Below, in pieces: positions 21,083-32,163 of a DNA stretch of 64,000 nucleotides. This stretch comes from an uncultured Dictyoglomota bacterium (GTDB lineage Bacteria > Dictyoglomota > Dictyoglomia > Dictyoglomales > Dictyoglomaceae): assembly GCA_964654465.1 (NCBI GenBank), contig CAZZIO010000065.1, forward strand, positions 64,001 to 128,000. Reading direction: 5' to 3'. The notes under the pieces were generated by a model that did no database searches, was not told the origin of the DNA, and saw only the letters and a program-made list of their open reading frames with translations. The translations under genes and the position numbers were made by a program. Numbering within the stretch: the first letter of the stretch is position 1; every line of letters begins with the position of its first letter.

Positions 21083-21654
21083 TACAAAACACCCCCTATT
21101 TTAAGGAAATTTTTAATTATATCCTTTCCAGATGGAGTAAATATGGACTCTGGATGAAATTGAAGACCATAAACTGGATTATCTTTATATTGAATTCCCA
21201 TAATTAATTTATCTAAAGTCCAAGAAATTACTTTTAAATCAGGATGTAAGGTCTCCATATCCACTACTAACGAGTGATACCTGGTAGCTTGGAAGGGATT
21301 CTCTATGCCATTAAAGATAGGATTTCCATCATGATAAATAAGAGAAACCTTGCCATGCATAGGAATAGGTGCTCTTATAACTTTTGTGCCAAAAGCTGAT
21401 GCTATAGCCTGATGTCCCAAACATATACCAAGAATGGGTAATTTATCCTTAAATTCTTTAACCACAGGAATACTTATACCTGCATTTTCAGGTATAGATG
21501 GACCTGGTGATATAACTATTGCCTTAGGTTTTAATCTATATATATCATCCAAAGATATATGATCATTTCTATATACTAAAACATCTGTATACTCTGCTAA
21601 ATATTGATAAAGATTATAAGTAAATGAATCATAATTATCTATTAACAAAATCAT
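21082..21654 (-). CDS. trpG: Anthranilate synthase component II
   Basis: [17 protein letters not shown] and QFHPES motifs. Confidence 0.95.
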   Translation of the reverse strand: MILLIDNYDSFTYNLYQYLAEYTDVLVYRNDHISLDDIYRLKPKAIVISPGPSIPENAGISIPVVKEFKDKLPILGICLGHQAIASAFGTKVIRAPIPMHGKVSLIYHDGNPIFNGIENPFQATRYHSLVVDMETLHPDLKVISWTLDKLIMGIQYKDNPVYGLQFHPESIFTPSGKDIIKNFLKIGGVL

Positions 21655-23050
21655 AATCCATCTCCCCCGCCGTCTTTATAGCTTCAAATAATGCTTTCGC
21701 CTTATTTATACATTCCTCATATTCTCGTTTCTTTATAGAGTCATAAACAATACCAGCACCAGTTTGTAAATAAAGGTTTTTCCCATCTAAAAAGAATGTT
21801 CTTATGGAAATACATGTATCCAAATTTCCGTTTAACGATAAGTAACCAACACCTCCTGCGTAAGGTCCTCTTCTATATTTTTCAAGTTCTTCTATAATTT
21901 CCATTGCTCTAACCTTGGGTGCTCCAGAAACTGTCCCTGCAGGGAAGGAAGCTCTTAATACTTCAAGAGGATGAATTCCCTCTTTTATTCTACATGATAC
22001 CGTACTAACAAGATGCATAACATGAGAGTATTTCTCTATTTTCATTACATTTTCTGCCCTCACTGTTCCTATTTCAGCTACTCTCCCAAGATCATTTCTT
22101 GCTAAATCAAGAAGCATGGTATGTTCTGCTCTTTCTTTTTCATCCTTTAATAGCTCCTCTTCCAAGTTTCTATCCTCTTCTTCCGTTTCTCCCCTTCTAC
22201 GAGTTCCAGCAATAGGTCTTATCTCAGCCCTGTCACCTTCTACTTTTACCAAAGCCTCTGGAGAAGAACCAATAAGATACCTATTTTTAAATTTCAGATA
22301 AAACATATAAGGAGAAGGATTTATCAACCTTAAGGCTCTATATAAGAGATAGGGATCTCCTTCATATTCGGTATAGAATCTCTGAGAATAAACAACTTGA
22401 AAAATTTCTCCAGCCTTAATATATTCAATTGCCTTCTCCACGTTATTTTCATATTCTTCTTGAGAAGTTAGAGCTTCAATAGAAAACTCCTTTTTATAAG
22501 CTGGTACTCTTTGGGACTCTTTTTTAAATAGTTCCTTTATTTGAGCTAATCTTTCATTAATTCTCTCTTTTAATATTGGGTTTTCAATTTCTTCTTCTGG
22601 AACAACAAAAATCACACTTATTTTTCTTTTTAAATGATCAAAAACAACAAGAAAATCTACTAACTGGAACTCAGCCATAGGAAAGTTTAAATTATCTAAG
22701 GTTAATTCAGGAATTTTTTCCCACTGTCTCACAATATCGTAACTAAAATAACCCACAATACCCCCAATAAATCTTGGAAGTTCCTTCTTATTCCTTACAT
22801 TTAAAACAGGATACTTTTGGGCAAGATAATTAATAATGTCATAATTTACATTCTTATCAAAACTCAAAATTTCCTTAGGTCCCCAGCTTATAAACGAATA
22901 CCTACCAATCCTTTCTCCTCCTTCAGCACTCTCAAGAAGAAAAAGATATTCTTCTTCTCTTATCTTAGAGAGAAGACTGGTAGGAGTCTCATAATCTCCA
23001 GGAAAATCAAAAACCAAAGGAACATAGGTCTCTGTCATAATTTTCTCCAT
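21635..23050 (-). CDS. trpE: Anthranilate synthase component I
   Basis: [27 protein letters not shown] and GAGIV motifs. Confidence 0.95.
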   Translation of the reverse strand: MEKIMTETYVPLVFDFPGDYETPTSLLSKIREEEYLFLLESAEGGERIGRYSFISWGPKEILSFDKNVNYDIINYLAQKYPVLNVRNKKELPRFIGGIVGYFSYDIVRQWEKIPELTLDNLNFPMAEFQLVDFLVVFDHLKRKISVIFVVPEEEIENPILKERINERLAQIKELFKKESQRVPAYKKEFSIEALTSQEEYENNVEKAIEYIKAGEIFQVVYSQRFYTEYEGDPYLLYRALRLINPSPYMFYLKFKNRYLIGSSPEALVKVEGDRAEIRPIAGTRRRGETEEEDRNLEEELLKDEKERAEHTMLLDLARNDLGRVAEIGTVRAENVMKIEKYSHVMHLVSTVSCRIKEGIHPLEVLRASFPAGTVSGAPKVRAMEIIEELEKYRRGPYAGGVGYLSLNGNLDTCISIRTFFLDGKNLYLQTGAGIVYDSIKKREYEECINKAKALFEAIKTAGEMDYDFVNR

Positions 23051-23092
23051 AAACTTTCACCTCCTTTTTACGAAGCTCAAAAGCCTATAAAT

Positions 23093-23385
23093 AAAAAACC
23101 CTCTCACCCTTTAAAGGGCGAGAGGGTTTACTCTCGCGGTGCCACCTTTCTTGAGCATCATTGCCCATCTCTTTTTCGGGTACAGGAGAACACCATCGAC
23201 TCCGATACCCTTTGCCCTGATAACGGTGGCAACTCCGGCATAGCTTACTCGGGAAGACTAATTTCTTCCCTTTCAGTATGCAGCTCCCAGGCCCATTCAC
23301 TCCCCGCGCTGATAGCCGGCTTCCACCTTACCCGGCCTCTCTGGATCCCGCTTGGGAGCTACTCCTCCTGTTCACAGCCTTTATA
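23093..23385 (-). ncRNA. Trp-specific T-box riboswitch with terminator
   Basis: GC-rich leader with GCTGTGAA GA motif, AGAGAG and GGTGGAA stem I motifs, specifier GAA-TGG (TGG at 23293-23295), T-box AAGGTGGCACCGCG (23135-23148), and terminator CCCTCTCGCCCTTTAAAGGGTGAGAGGG plus T-run. Confidence 0.93.
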
Positions 23386-23412
23386 GGGCAACTCTATTTA
23401 ACTTTGGATGAA

Positions 23413-23441
23413 ATTATACAACAAAAAGAAAAATTTTTCAA
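23413..23441 (-). promoter_or_regulatory. Sigma70-type promoter of the trp leader
   Basis: TTGAAA-17 nt-TATAAT. Confidence 0.75.
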
Positions 23442-23442
23442 A

Positions 23443-24543
23443 TTAACTGGAAAATTTAATTTTTCCTAATTTTTTTTCTCTCTCTATTACTCCTCCACAT
23501 AATACAAAATCATCTTTATAACAAACCAATATCTGCCCAGGAGTAACAGCCCATTGAGGTTCATCAAAAACTACAAAAACTTCCTTTTCTGATAAGATAT
23601 GAAGAGTAGCTGGCGACGGTTTCATATTATATCTTATCATAGCATTTACTCTTAGCTCTTTCTCCTCAGGAATATATGACGGATAATTTACATTTACAGC
23701 ATAAACCTCTCTTCTAAAAATTTTCTCTTTTTCTGCCACAAACACATTACCACTTTTTGTATCTATATCTTTTACATATACAGGCTTACCTAATGCTACC
23801 TTTAAACCTCTCCTTTGACCTATAGTAAAGGAAAAAATACCATCATGATATCCCACTATTTTCCCATCTTCCGTAACAATTTTCCCTGATTTCTCATTCA
23901 CATATTGCTTTAAAAATTTTCTATAATCCTTGTCAGGTAAAAAACAAATTTCTTGACTCTCTCCTTTTTCTGCTACTATTAATCCATTATCACGAGCAAT
24001 TCTACGTACTTCCTCTTTCGTTAAATTTCCCAAAGGAAAAAGAGCTTTGGATATCTGATCTTGGGTTAAAAAACTTAAAAAATAAGACTGATCTTTTTTC
24101 TGATCTTTTGCCCTTTTTAATAAAAAAACATTTTTTAATGGATCCCATACTTTCCTTACATAATGACCTGTCGCTAAATATTCAGCACCTAACTCTTGAG
24201 CCTTTCTTAGTAAAAGATCAAACTTTATCAACCTATTACAAAACACACATGGATTTGGAGTATACCCATTTATATAAGAATCAATAAAATATTTAATTAT
24301 CCTCTCTTCAAACTCTTTTTTAAGATTTACCACAAAATGAGGTATACCAAGACTATGTGCAACCCTCATAGCATCATTAATAGAACTCCATGAACAACAA
24401 GCCTCATATCTTTCCTGAGGTGTCAACGCTATATTCATAGTTAAACCAATAACTTCAAAACCCTCTTTCTTCAATAAGAGAGCAGTAACCGAACTATCAA
24501 CTCCTCCACTCATGCCTACTGCAACCTTGATTTTTTCACGCAT
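23443..24543 (-). CDS. mnmA: tRNA 2-thiouridylase
   Basis: SGGVDS, TPNPCVFCN, ATGHY, KDQSYFL, ESQEICF and TIGQRRG motifs. Confidence 0.95.
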   Translation of the reverse strand: MREKIKVAVGMSGGVDSSVTALLLKKEGFEVIGLTMNIALTPQERYEACCSWSSINDAMRVAHSLGIPHFVVNLKKEFEERIIKYFIDSYINGYTPNPCVFCNRLIKFDLLLRKAQELGAEYLATGHYVRKVWDPLKNVFLLKRAKDQKKDQSYFLSFLTQDQISKALFPLGNLTKEEVRRIARDNGLIVAEKGESQEICFLPDKDYRKFLKQYVNEKSGKIVTEDGKIVGYHDGIFSFTIGQRRGLKVALGKPVYVKDIDTKSGNVFVAEKEKIFRREVYAVNVNYPSYIPEEKELRVNAMIRYNMKPSPATLHILSEKEVFVVFDEPQWAVTPGQILVCYKDDFVLCGGVIEREKKLGKIKFSS

Positions 24544-24668
24544 AAACAACCCTTAACAAATGAATATTAAATATTCTCATCATTTTTTAAAATATTTATT
24601 TTTTTCTTGACAAATTTCACAATCCATTATATTTTATAAAAAATTTTTGATTTTTGAAGAGACAAAAA

Positions 24669-25832
24669 ATGAAAATTGGAAGACCACAATTAATAGATGA
24701 GGTTAATAAAGGACAAATTTTAAAACTCTTAAGAGAAGAGGGTCCGATTTCTCGTGCAGAAATAGCTCGTAGACTTGGTCTCAGTCGACCTACTGTTTCT
24801 ACTCACATAAGAGAGCTCATAAAAGAAGGATTAGTATATGAAGTAGGTAAAGGAAAAAGTAGTAAAGGTAGAAAAGGTATTTTATTAAAATATAATGCTA
24901 AATATGGATATTTCTTAGCAGGAGACATTGAAGGATCTATAATGAGATTTGCAATATCAGATCTTTGTGGAGAAATTCTTTATGAAAAAGTATTATCCTT
25001 AAATGAACTTAGAGAAAAAAATATGATGCAACCCGAAAAACTTGTAGAGATAATGAAGACCTTTGTTTACGAAAATAAAATAAACTCTGAACACATAAAA
25101 GTCATTTCCATAGGAATAGCAGGTATAATTGAGGAAGGAAAACTCATTTTTGCCCCAAACCTTCCAGAATGGAATCATACACCTCTAAAATCTCTCATAG
25201 AAACAGGATTTCCTAATACCTTTATAATACTGGAAAACGATGTAAATATGGCTGTAATGGGAGAATTTTGGAAGGGAGCAGGAAAAGGCCACAAAAATAT
25301 TGTATATATGAATTTAAGTACAGGAATTGGTGCAGGTATCATGATAGATGAAAAATTATATGAAGGAGCAAATAAATTTGCAGGAGAAATTGCATATATG
25401 GTTTTAGGCAACCGACATGATGAATATCCAGGATTAGAATATACACCTTTGGGAGCCTTAGAATGGGTAGTTTCAGGAATAAGAATAATAGAAAAGGCAA
25501 AATCTATAGATCCTAAATATAACCTAATAGAAAAAATATTTGAAGATTATAATAAGGTATATGAAATTACTGAGCTTATTAACAAGGTAAGCGAATACTT
25601 AGCAAAAGCGGTGGTAAACATTGTAAGTATATTAGATCCAGAAGTTATAATTGTAGGCGGAATTGTAGGAAAATTTTTAAACATATTACTTTCCAAAATG
25701 CAACCTGTAATAGAATATTACTTACCAATTCCAGTAAAAATTATACCTTCTGCTCTATATCCAAAAACAGTAATCTATGGAGCTATATATAAGGCTATAA
25801 ATCATTACCACACAAAACCCGTTATTGTATAG
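24669..25832 (+). CDS. ROK-family transcriptional repressor
   Basis: N-terminal HTH ISRAEIA..LSRPTV, ENDVN, TGIGAG and AGEI motifs; TTGACA at 24607. Confidence 0.88.
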   Translation: MKIGRPQLIDEVNKGQILKLLREEGPISRAEIARRLGLSRPTVSTHIRELIKEGLVYEVGKGKSSKGRKGILLKYNAKYGYFLAGDIEGSIMRFAISDLCGEILYEKVLSLNELREKNMMQPEKLVEIMKTFVYENKINSEHIKVISIGIAGIIEEGKLIFAPNLPEWNHTPLKSLIETGFPNTFIILENDVNMAVMGEFWKGAGKGHKNIVYMNLSTGIGAGIMIDEKLYEGANKFAGEIAYMVLGNRHDEYPGLEYTPLGALEWVVSGIRIIEKAKSIDPKYNLIEKIFEDYNKVYEITELINKVSEYLAKAVVNIVSILDPEVIIVGGIVGKFLNILLSKMQPVIEYYLPIPVKIIPSALYPKTVIYGAIYKAINHYHTKPVIV

Positions 25833-26672
25833 TCAAATCTCAATTAGCTTTTTAGCTTTATCAAGTCGATCTTTTAAATTTCTTAAAGAGTCTAAGTATC
25901 CAAAAGTTGGCTTTTCAATCTTAATATTATATATGGTTAAAGATTGCGGGTTATGCTCATGTCCACATATTACAAAATCAGCCTTATTTTTTAAAATAAC
26001 TTCCCCCAATTTTTCACTTCCTAAATAAGCAGAAAAGAAATTTTTTATCATTACTAATTCCTTAAAAGGAAGCATATGAGTTATAACTATCTTATTAAAA
26101 TTTTCAACCTTATAAAAATCTTTTTCTAACTCCTCAATAAATAGCTTACAAATCTCTATATTACTCAGACAATTTCCATTGATATTAGTAAAATTTATTA
26201 ATTTCCAAAACGTTTCCCTCCATTTTAAACCCCTAAATACTCCTTTATCATAATCTTCCTTTGGATAGTCACTATTACCCAAAGTGTAATCATACCAACC
26301 TAAGGTACCCAAAAATGCCCATTTACCAGTAATAAAAGGATTTCTGGGAAGAAAATGAATCCCAAAATCCTCACAAATATTAGGCAGTATGTAGTAATAT
26401 TTATCGGTACTGGTTATTTTCCCTTCTTTCCATACATCATGATTTCCAGGAACAAAAACAATATTAATGTTAGTATAAGAAAATTCTTCAAAAAATAGCT
26501 CCACTTCCCATATCTTAGAAGATATATCTCCTCCAATAATCAAAATATTTGGATTATCAGTTAATAGATAATCCCTAATTTTTCTTAAAATTTCTCTCTC
26601 TTCCTGTAGATTTAAGCCATTTCTAAGTCTAATATAATCTAAATGAAGATCTGAGATAGCAAGGATTCTCAT
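25833..26672 (-). CDS. Calcineurin-like metallophosphoesterase
   Basis: SDLH, GGD, PGNHD, THM and GHEH motifs. Confidence 0.85.
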   Translation of the reverse strand: MRILAISDLHLDYIRLRNGLNLQEEREILRKIRDYLLTDNPNILIIGGDISSKIWEVELFFEEFSYTNINIVFVPGNHDVWKEGKITSTDKYYYILPNICEDFGIHFLPRNPFITGKWAFLGTLGWYDYTLGNSDYPKEDYDKGVFRGLKWRETFWKLINFTNINGNCLSNIEICKLFIEELEKDFYKVENFNKIVITHMLPFKELVMIKNFFSAYLGSEKLGEVILKNKADFVICGHEHNPQSLTIYNIKIEKPTFGYLDSLRNLKDRLDKAKKLIEI

Positions 26673-27094
26673 TTAACAATCTTGAGAAATTTAAAGAAAT
26701 GGAATAAATTTAAGATAAATTTAACTACAGGATCAAGAAAAGAATAAACAAGAGAATCCTTCAGAATAAGAATTTTGTAATCATTTGGCAAAAAATTTAT
26801 TAACAATGCATAAACAATAATTATAATTCCGCCGCCTAACACAACCCTTAAAAGGAAATTGGGTAACACTAAAAGAAAATAACTGAATACAAAGGTCAAA
26901 ATAAAACTTACAATGTTAGCAGGAAGATGAATAGGGATTTTAATATATTTCATATAAAGAGGAGTAAGAAAAGAGGAAAAATAAAATGCTATAACCAAAG
27001 AAATTAAAAGCACTATTTTATTAGAAAATATATCTTTTAAGCCCTTAATAGCCAAGCCCAAAATTGTAATAGCACATATTAAATCAAAGATCAT
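26669..27094 (-). CDS. CvpA (colicin V production)-like membrane protein
   Basis: Four TM segments; 'D..AI..LAIKG' start and 'DSLVY' tail. Confidence 0.55.
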   Translation of the reverse strand: MIFDLICAITILGLAIKGLKDIFSNKIVLLISLVIAFYFSSFLTPLYMKYIKIPIHLPANIVSFILTFVFSYFLLVLPNFLLRVVLGGGIIIIVYALLINFLPNDYKILILKDSLVYSFLDPVVKFILNLFHFFKFLKIVK

Positions 27095-27099
27095 GATCC

Positions 27100-28113
27100 C
27101 TACTCCTCATAAGTTATCATTACTCTTAAACTTTTACCACTCAATCCTACTTCTATTGCTTTATGAATTTCAGATAAAGGAAACTTATGAGAAACTACTT
27201 TTGAAACATTTATTCTTCCATCTTCTATTAAGCGTAATGCCCTACTATTTGTAAAAGGATTAACAAAAGATCCCATAATAGTCAACTCTCGATAATAAAC
27301 GTCAAAAGGAGAAATACTTATCAAATCTTCCTTTGGAGAAACACCAAAAATGAGTACTTTTCCACCTCTTCTTACATTATTAATTGTCAACGATACAGTT
27401 TCTTTCTTTCCCACAGCTTCAATACCCACATCCACTCCTCTACCATTCGTTAACTCTTTAATAAAAGAAGAAACTTCATCAGATGGACTTAAAACATAAG
27501 ACGCTCCAAGTTCCTTAGCTATTTTTCTTTTCCCTTCGTCTATCTCAACTACAATAACCGAACTTGCACCATAAAAATATGATAACTGAAGAAGTATCAA
27601 ACCCAAAGCTCCTGCTCCAACTATAAGAACTGTATCTCCCAAATGAATACCTATTCTTTCAATTCCATGTAAAGCACATGCAACTGGTTCCATCATAGCT
27701 CCTTCTATAGGAGAAACCTTTTCTGAGAAAGAATATGCCTGTTTAAATGGAACCTTACAATACTCAGCAAACCCCCCATCCATATCAACTCCTATAGCCC
27801 TCAAATTTTCACATAGATGTATTTCTCCTCTTCTGCAGAAATAACAATGCCCACAAGCAATATTAGGATCAACAGCCACCAAATCACCCTCTTTTATGCC
27901 TAACACATTTCTCCCTACTTTAACTACTCTTCCAGCAAATTCATGTCCTCTTACAATATCGTCCTTCGCATAGCCTTTACCAGCAAAAATATGTAAATCA
28001 GTACCACATATTCCTGATGCAAGCACCTTAATTAATATCTCATCATCATTAACTAAAGGTTCTGGTTTATCTATTAAATTGATTTTCCCCTTTTTCCAAA
28101 CAGCAGCAAGCAT
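27100..28113 (-). CDS. Zn-dependent polyol/sugar dehydrogenase
   Basis: GICGTD, GHE, CGHCYFC..C and GAGALG motifs. Confidence 0.88.
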   Translation of the reverse strand: MLAAVWKKGKINLIDKPEPLVNDDEILIKVLASGICGTDLHIFAGKGYAKDDIVRGHEFAGRVVKVGRNVLGIKEGDLVAVDPNIACGHCYFCRRGEIHLCENLRAIGVDMDGGFAEYCKVPFKQAYSFSEKVSPIEGAMMEPVACALHGIERIGIHLGDTVLIVGAGALGLILLQLSYFYGASSVIVVEIDEGKRKIAKELGASYVLSPSDEVSSFIKELTNGRGVDVGIEAVGKKETVSLTINNVRRGGKVLIFGVSPKEDLISISPFDVYYRELTIMGSFVNPFTNSRALRLIEDGRINVSKVVSHKFPLSEIHKAIEVGLSGKSLRVMITYEE

Positions 28114-28258
28114 ATTAAAACCTCCCGAAAATAGACAATTTAATTTTTATTTTACAATATAAAATCTATGTGGTAAAATTTTTAAAAAGTAAATTAATTT
28201 TATTTTTTCTTCCCCCTTAAAACTAATAAAAAAATCCATAATTAAAGGAGGGTAAAAG

Positions 28259-29392
28259 ATGAGGTACAGAAAGATGAATAAAATTGATGTAACTGTTTCC
28301 TCATTAGGCTTTGGCGCTATGAGACTTCCCACTTTAGGTAGTGATTCTCAAATAGACGAGCCAAAAGCTATAGAATTGATTAGATATGCCATAGATCATG
28401 GGGTAAATTATGTGGATACCGCATATGGTTATCATGGTGGACAGAGCGAGATATTAGTTGGAAAAGCCTTAAAAGACGGTTATAGAGATAAAACATATCT
28501 TGCCACAAAACTACCTGTTTGGTTTGTTAACAAAAAAGAAGATATGGATCGACTCCTTAATGAACAACTGAAAAAATTAGACACAGATCATATAGATTTT
28601 TACTTGCTACATGCACTAAATAGAGAAAGCTGGCAAAAAGTGTACAACCTTGGTGTTCTTGAATGGGGAGAAAGGATGAAAGAAAAAAATCTAATAAGAT
28701 TTTTTGGCTTTTCTTTCCATGATGACTTAGACACATTTAAAAAGATTATTGATGCTTACGATTGGGATTTTTGCCAAATTCAATATAACTATATGGATGT
28801 AGATTATCAAGCAGGAAGAGAAGGACTTTTATATGCCTATAATAAAGGGATAAATGTGGTCGTAATGGAACCTCTAAGAGGAGGCAGATTAGCAAGACCT
28901 CCTAAGGACGTCATGGATTTAATCAATAGCTACAAAATTAAAAGAAGCCCTGTGGAATGGGCTCTCCTATGGCTATGGAATCATAAAGAAATATCTACTG
29001 TACTTTCTGGTATGAGCACCTTAGAGCAAGTTAAAGAGAATATTGAAATTGCAGATAAGGCTGAAGTTGGTATTCTATCCCAAGAAGAGTTAGAATTTGT
29101 AGAAAAACTAAGACTTGCATTTCTTGGGAGGAAAGCTATTGATTGTACTCAATGTGGTTACTGTATGCCATGTCCATATGGGGTAAATATTCCAAGAAAC
29201 TTTTTCCTATATAATGAAGGTATCAGATATGATGATTGGGGTGCTCCCCGTTGGGAATATAATTATTCCATGAGAGAAGAAGAAAGAGCAAGCAATTGTC
29301 AAGAATGCGGTGTATGTGAAACAAAATGTCCTCAACAATTACCCATAAGAGAACTCCTTAAGAAAGTACATGAGGCGTTAGCCCAAAAATAA
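28259..29392 (+). CDS. Aldo/keto reductase with C-terminal 2x[4Fe-4S] domain
   Basis: GFGAMRLP, DTAYGY, CTQCGYCMPCP and CQECGVCETKCP motifs. Confidence 0.9.
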   Translation: MRYRKMNKIDVTVSSLGFGAMRLPTLGSDSQIDEPKAIELIRYAIDHGVNYVDTAYGYHGGQSEILVGKALKDGYRDKTYLATKLPVWFVNKKEDMDRLLNEQLKKLDTDHIDFYLLHALNRESWQKVYNLGVLEWGERMKEKNLIRFFGFSFHDDLDTFKKIIDAYDWDFCQIQYNYMDVDYQAGREGLLYAYNKGINVVVMEPLRGGRLARPPKDVMDLINSYKIKRSPVEWALLWLWNHKEISTVLSGMSTLEQVKENIEIADKAEVGILSQEELEFVEKLRLAFLGRKAIDCTQCGYCMPCPYGVNIPRNFFLYNEGIRYDDWGAPRWEYNYSMREEERASNCQECGVCETKCPQQLPIRELLKKVHEALAQK

Positions 29393-29422
29393 TAAGGGGA
29401 AGGGATTAACCCTTCCCCTTAT
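29391..29422. terminator. Bidirectional terminator between convergent genes
   Basis: ATAAGGGGAAGGG-ATTAA-CCCTTCCCCTTAT. Confidence 0.75.
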
Positions 29423-30054
29423 ATTTCTTTAAATGCTGAAGGACATATATCTTTTAAGATACATTCTTCACATTTTGGAGTTTTAGCTTTACATATGTTT
29501 CTTCCATGATGTATTAAAAGATAAGAAAAATTAGCCCATTCATCTCTTGGTACAATCTTCATCAAGTCTTGTTCCATTTTATCTCTATTTTTCTCTTTAC
29601 TAAGATCTAATCTTTTAGAAAGTCTTGCCACATGTGTATCTATCACAATTCCTTCATTTTTGCCATAACCTGCTGAAAGAACCACATTAGCAGTTTTTCT
29701 CGCCACACCAGGGAGCTTTAATAATTCCTCCATAGTATCGGGAACTTTTCCACCATATTCCTCTACTATAATTTGGGCACAACTTTTTATAAATTTAGCC
29801 TTGTTTCTATAGTAATTTATGGATTTTATATCTTGTTCCAACTCCTCTTGAGGTACTTTTAAATAATCTTCAGGAGATTTATATTTTTTAAATAAATTTT
29901 CGGTAACCATATTAACTCTCTCATCAGTTGTTTGGGCCGAAAGAATTGTTGCAACTAAAAGTTCCCATGGATTAGAAAATTTTAGAGCTATTTTAGGCTC
30001 ATAAACTCCTTTAAGTCTATTAATCAATTCCTTTACTCTTTCTTTCTTGTCCAT
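29419..30054 (-). CDS. nth: Endonuclease III
   Basis: LSAQTTD, LPGVARKTAN HhH, IDTH and C-x6-C-x2-C-x5-C motifs. Confidence 0.95.
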   Translation of the reverse strand: MDKKERVKELINRLKGVYEPKIALKFSNPWELLVATILSAQTTDERVNMVTENLFKKYKSPEDYLKVPQEELEQDIKSINYYRNKAKFIKSCAQIIVEEYGGKVPDTMEELLKLPGVARKTANVVLSAGYGKNEGIVIDTHVARLSKRLDLSKEKNRDKMEQDLMKIVPRDEWANFSYLLIHHGRNICKAKTPKCEECILKDICPSAFKEI

Positions 30055-30133
30055 AGTATAAAACCACCCCCAAAAATAAATAGCTATTAAAGTTTATCAT
30101 AAACTTGTATAATCAATTAGTGAACTATAAAAA

Positions 30134-31159
30134 GTGAAAGGAGGCTTAAGAGTGGATATAAAAACTATACTAAAGAACCTATCAAATCTGGATGGTCCTT
30201 CAGGTTATGAATATAAAGTAATAGAGTATATAAAAACCGAAGCAGAAAAAATCCCAAATACTACCAACTATGTTGATAATCAGGGAAATCTTATCGTAAA
30301 AAGGGAAGGAAAAGGCAAAAAAATAGCCCTTTTTGCTCACACCGATGAAATAGGTTTTGTAATTACTAAGAAAGAATTAGGTAATTATTTCAGATTTCAC
30401 ACCTTTGGTGGAGTAGATCCTAAGATTGTAATTTCTCAAAGGCTGAGAATACATACAAAAAAAGGTATAGCTTATGGTGTGGTAGGAATGTTAGAACCTC
30501 ATTTACAAACGGAAGAGATGAGACAAAGAGTTTTAACTTTTGATGACTTATTCATGGATGTGGTAGAAAATTCAGAATATGTATCTATAGGAGATTTAGC
30601 TACTTTTTCATCAGAGGCTTTTGAATTAAATGAAAAGTATGTAACGGGAAAAGCCTTAGACAATAGAGCAAGTTGTACTACTTTACTTTATACTTTATAT
30701 CTTTTAAATCAATATGTAGTAGAAAATGAGGTATATTTTGTCTTTTCTGTAAGAGAAGAAGATGGAACTTCAGGAGCTTCTACTTCTGCATATCACATAA
30801 ATCCTGATCTTGCTATAGTATTAGATGTAACTCATGGGGATATATATAGACCAGGTTATCCCAAAATTGAAACAGGTAAAGGTCCAGTATTAGATATTGG
30901 AACCATGGTTGATTATAAATATTTTGAAAAAATCAAAAATATCGCTGAAAAAATATCAGTAAACTACCAAATAGAACCAAATGGAGAACACAGTCATACT
31001 GATACAGACAGAATCCAAATAACAAGGGAAGGTATTCCAACTCTACTAATCTCTATACCCTTAAGATACATGCATACACCATATGAAGTAGTAAATATAA
31101 AAGATATAGAAGAAACGGCAAGACTTCTAAGTTATTTCATAGCTACTGGAGGTGAATAA
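30134..31159 (+). CDS. M42 (TET) aminopeptidase, paralog 1
   Basis: AHTDE, ALDNR, EE, D and MH metal/catalytic motifs; true start may be the GTG at 30152. Confidence 0.88.
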   Translation: MKGGLRVDIKTILKNLSNLDGPSGYEYKVIEYIKTEAEKIPNTTNYVDNQGNLIVKREGKGKKIALFAHTDEIGFVITKKELGNYFRFHTFGGVDPKIVISQRLRIHTKKGIAYGVVGMLEPHLQTEEMRQRVLTFDDLFMDVVENSEYVSIGDLATFSSEAFELNEKYVTGKALDNRASCTTLLYTLYLLNQYVVENEVYFVFSVREEDGTSGASTSAYHINPDLAIVLDVTHGDIYRPGYPKIETGKGPVLDIGTMVDYKYFEKIKNIAEKISVNYQIEPNGEHSHTDTDRIQITREGIPTLLISIPLRYMHTPYEVVNIKDIEETARLLSYFIATGGE

Positions 31160-31161
31160 CT

Positions 31162-32163
31162 ATGCTTTTAAAAGAACTCTCCAACCTTTGCGGGGTTTCT
31201 GGTTTTGAACAAGAGATAAGAAATTTTATAAAGGAAAAAATAAAAGATAAAGTAGATGATATAAAAGAGGATAAATTAGGAAACTTAATAGCATTCAAAG
31301 AGGGGAAAAATAATAAAAAGCTAATGTTAACAGCTCATATGGATGAGGTAGGATTTATCGTAAGTAATATAGAGGAAGACGGAAAAATTAGTATTATTCC
31401 CCTTGGATCCATAGATCCGAGAGTGGTTCTTGGTAAAAAAGTGGTAATTGGAGAGAAAAAAGTACCTGGAATTATTGGTTCAAAACCGGTCCATCTAATG
31501 ACAGGTTATGAAGGCATTTCCTCTTTTGAAAATATAAAAGTTGATATTGGAGTTTCCAAAAAACAAGAGGCAGAAAACAAAGTAAAAATTGGTGATTTCG
31601 TTAGTTTTGCCCCCAATGCTATGCTACATAAAGATTGGATATCTGGAAAAGCATTGGATGATAGAGGAGGATGTTCCATACTTATAGATCTCATAGAGGC
31701 CAATATAGAACCCTTTTATAATACATATTTCACCTTTGTTATTCAAGAAGAGACAGGATTAAGAGGATCAGGGGTAGCTGCAAATCAGATAGACCCAGAT
31801 TATGCCATAGTTATCGAAACTACTACATCAGGTGATAATCCAGAATTTCCTGAGGCAAGAAGATCAAGCGAACTTGGCAAAGGACCCGTGATTACACCAG
31901 CACATAGAGGATATGTAAATGATGAAAAACTTTTTAATTTTGCCATTAAAGTAGCTCAAGAAAATAATATTCCTTATCAAATAAAAAGAAGAACCGCAGG
32001 GGGTACTGACGCTGCAAGAATTGCCATAACCACTGGTACTCCCTCTTTAGTCATTTCCATTCCATCCCGTTATATTCATTCCCCAATGTGTGTGGTAAAC
32101 CTTCAAGATTATCAAAATACTTTTAAACTCTTATCCATTATCATTACAAAGGAGGTAAATTAA
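31162..32163 (+). CDS. M42 (TET) aminopeptidase, paralog 2
   Basis: AHMDE, ALDDR, QEE, GGTDA and RYIHS motifs. Confidence 0.9.
   Translation: MLLKELSNLCGVSGFEQEIRNFIKEKIKDKVDDIKEDKLGNLIAFKEGKNNKKLMLTAHMDEVGFIVSNIEEDGKISIIPLGSIDPRVVLGKKVVIGEKKVPGIIGSKPVHLMTGYEGISSFENIKVDIGVSKKQEAENKVKIGDFVSFAPNAMLHKDWISGKALDDRGGCSILIDLIEANIEPFYNTYFTFVIQEETGLRGSGVAANQIDPDYAIVIETTTSGDNPEFPEARRSSELGKGPVITPAHRGYVNDEKLFNFAIKVAQENNIPYQIKRRTAGGTDAARIAITTGTPSLVISIPSRYIHSPMCVVNLQDYQNTFKLLSIIITKEVN

Noticed and set aside
22817-23469. Short ORFs 22817..23386(+), 23085..23300(-) and 23278..23469(+) as a leader peptide or new genes
   Set aside because: They overlap the GC-rich T-box RNA, which is poor in stop codons; there is no SD and no Trp-rich leader peptide
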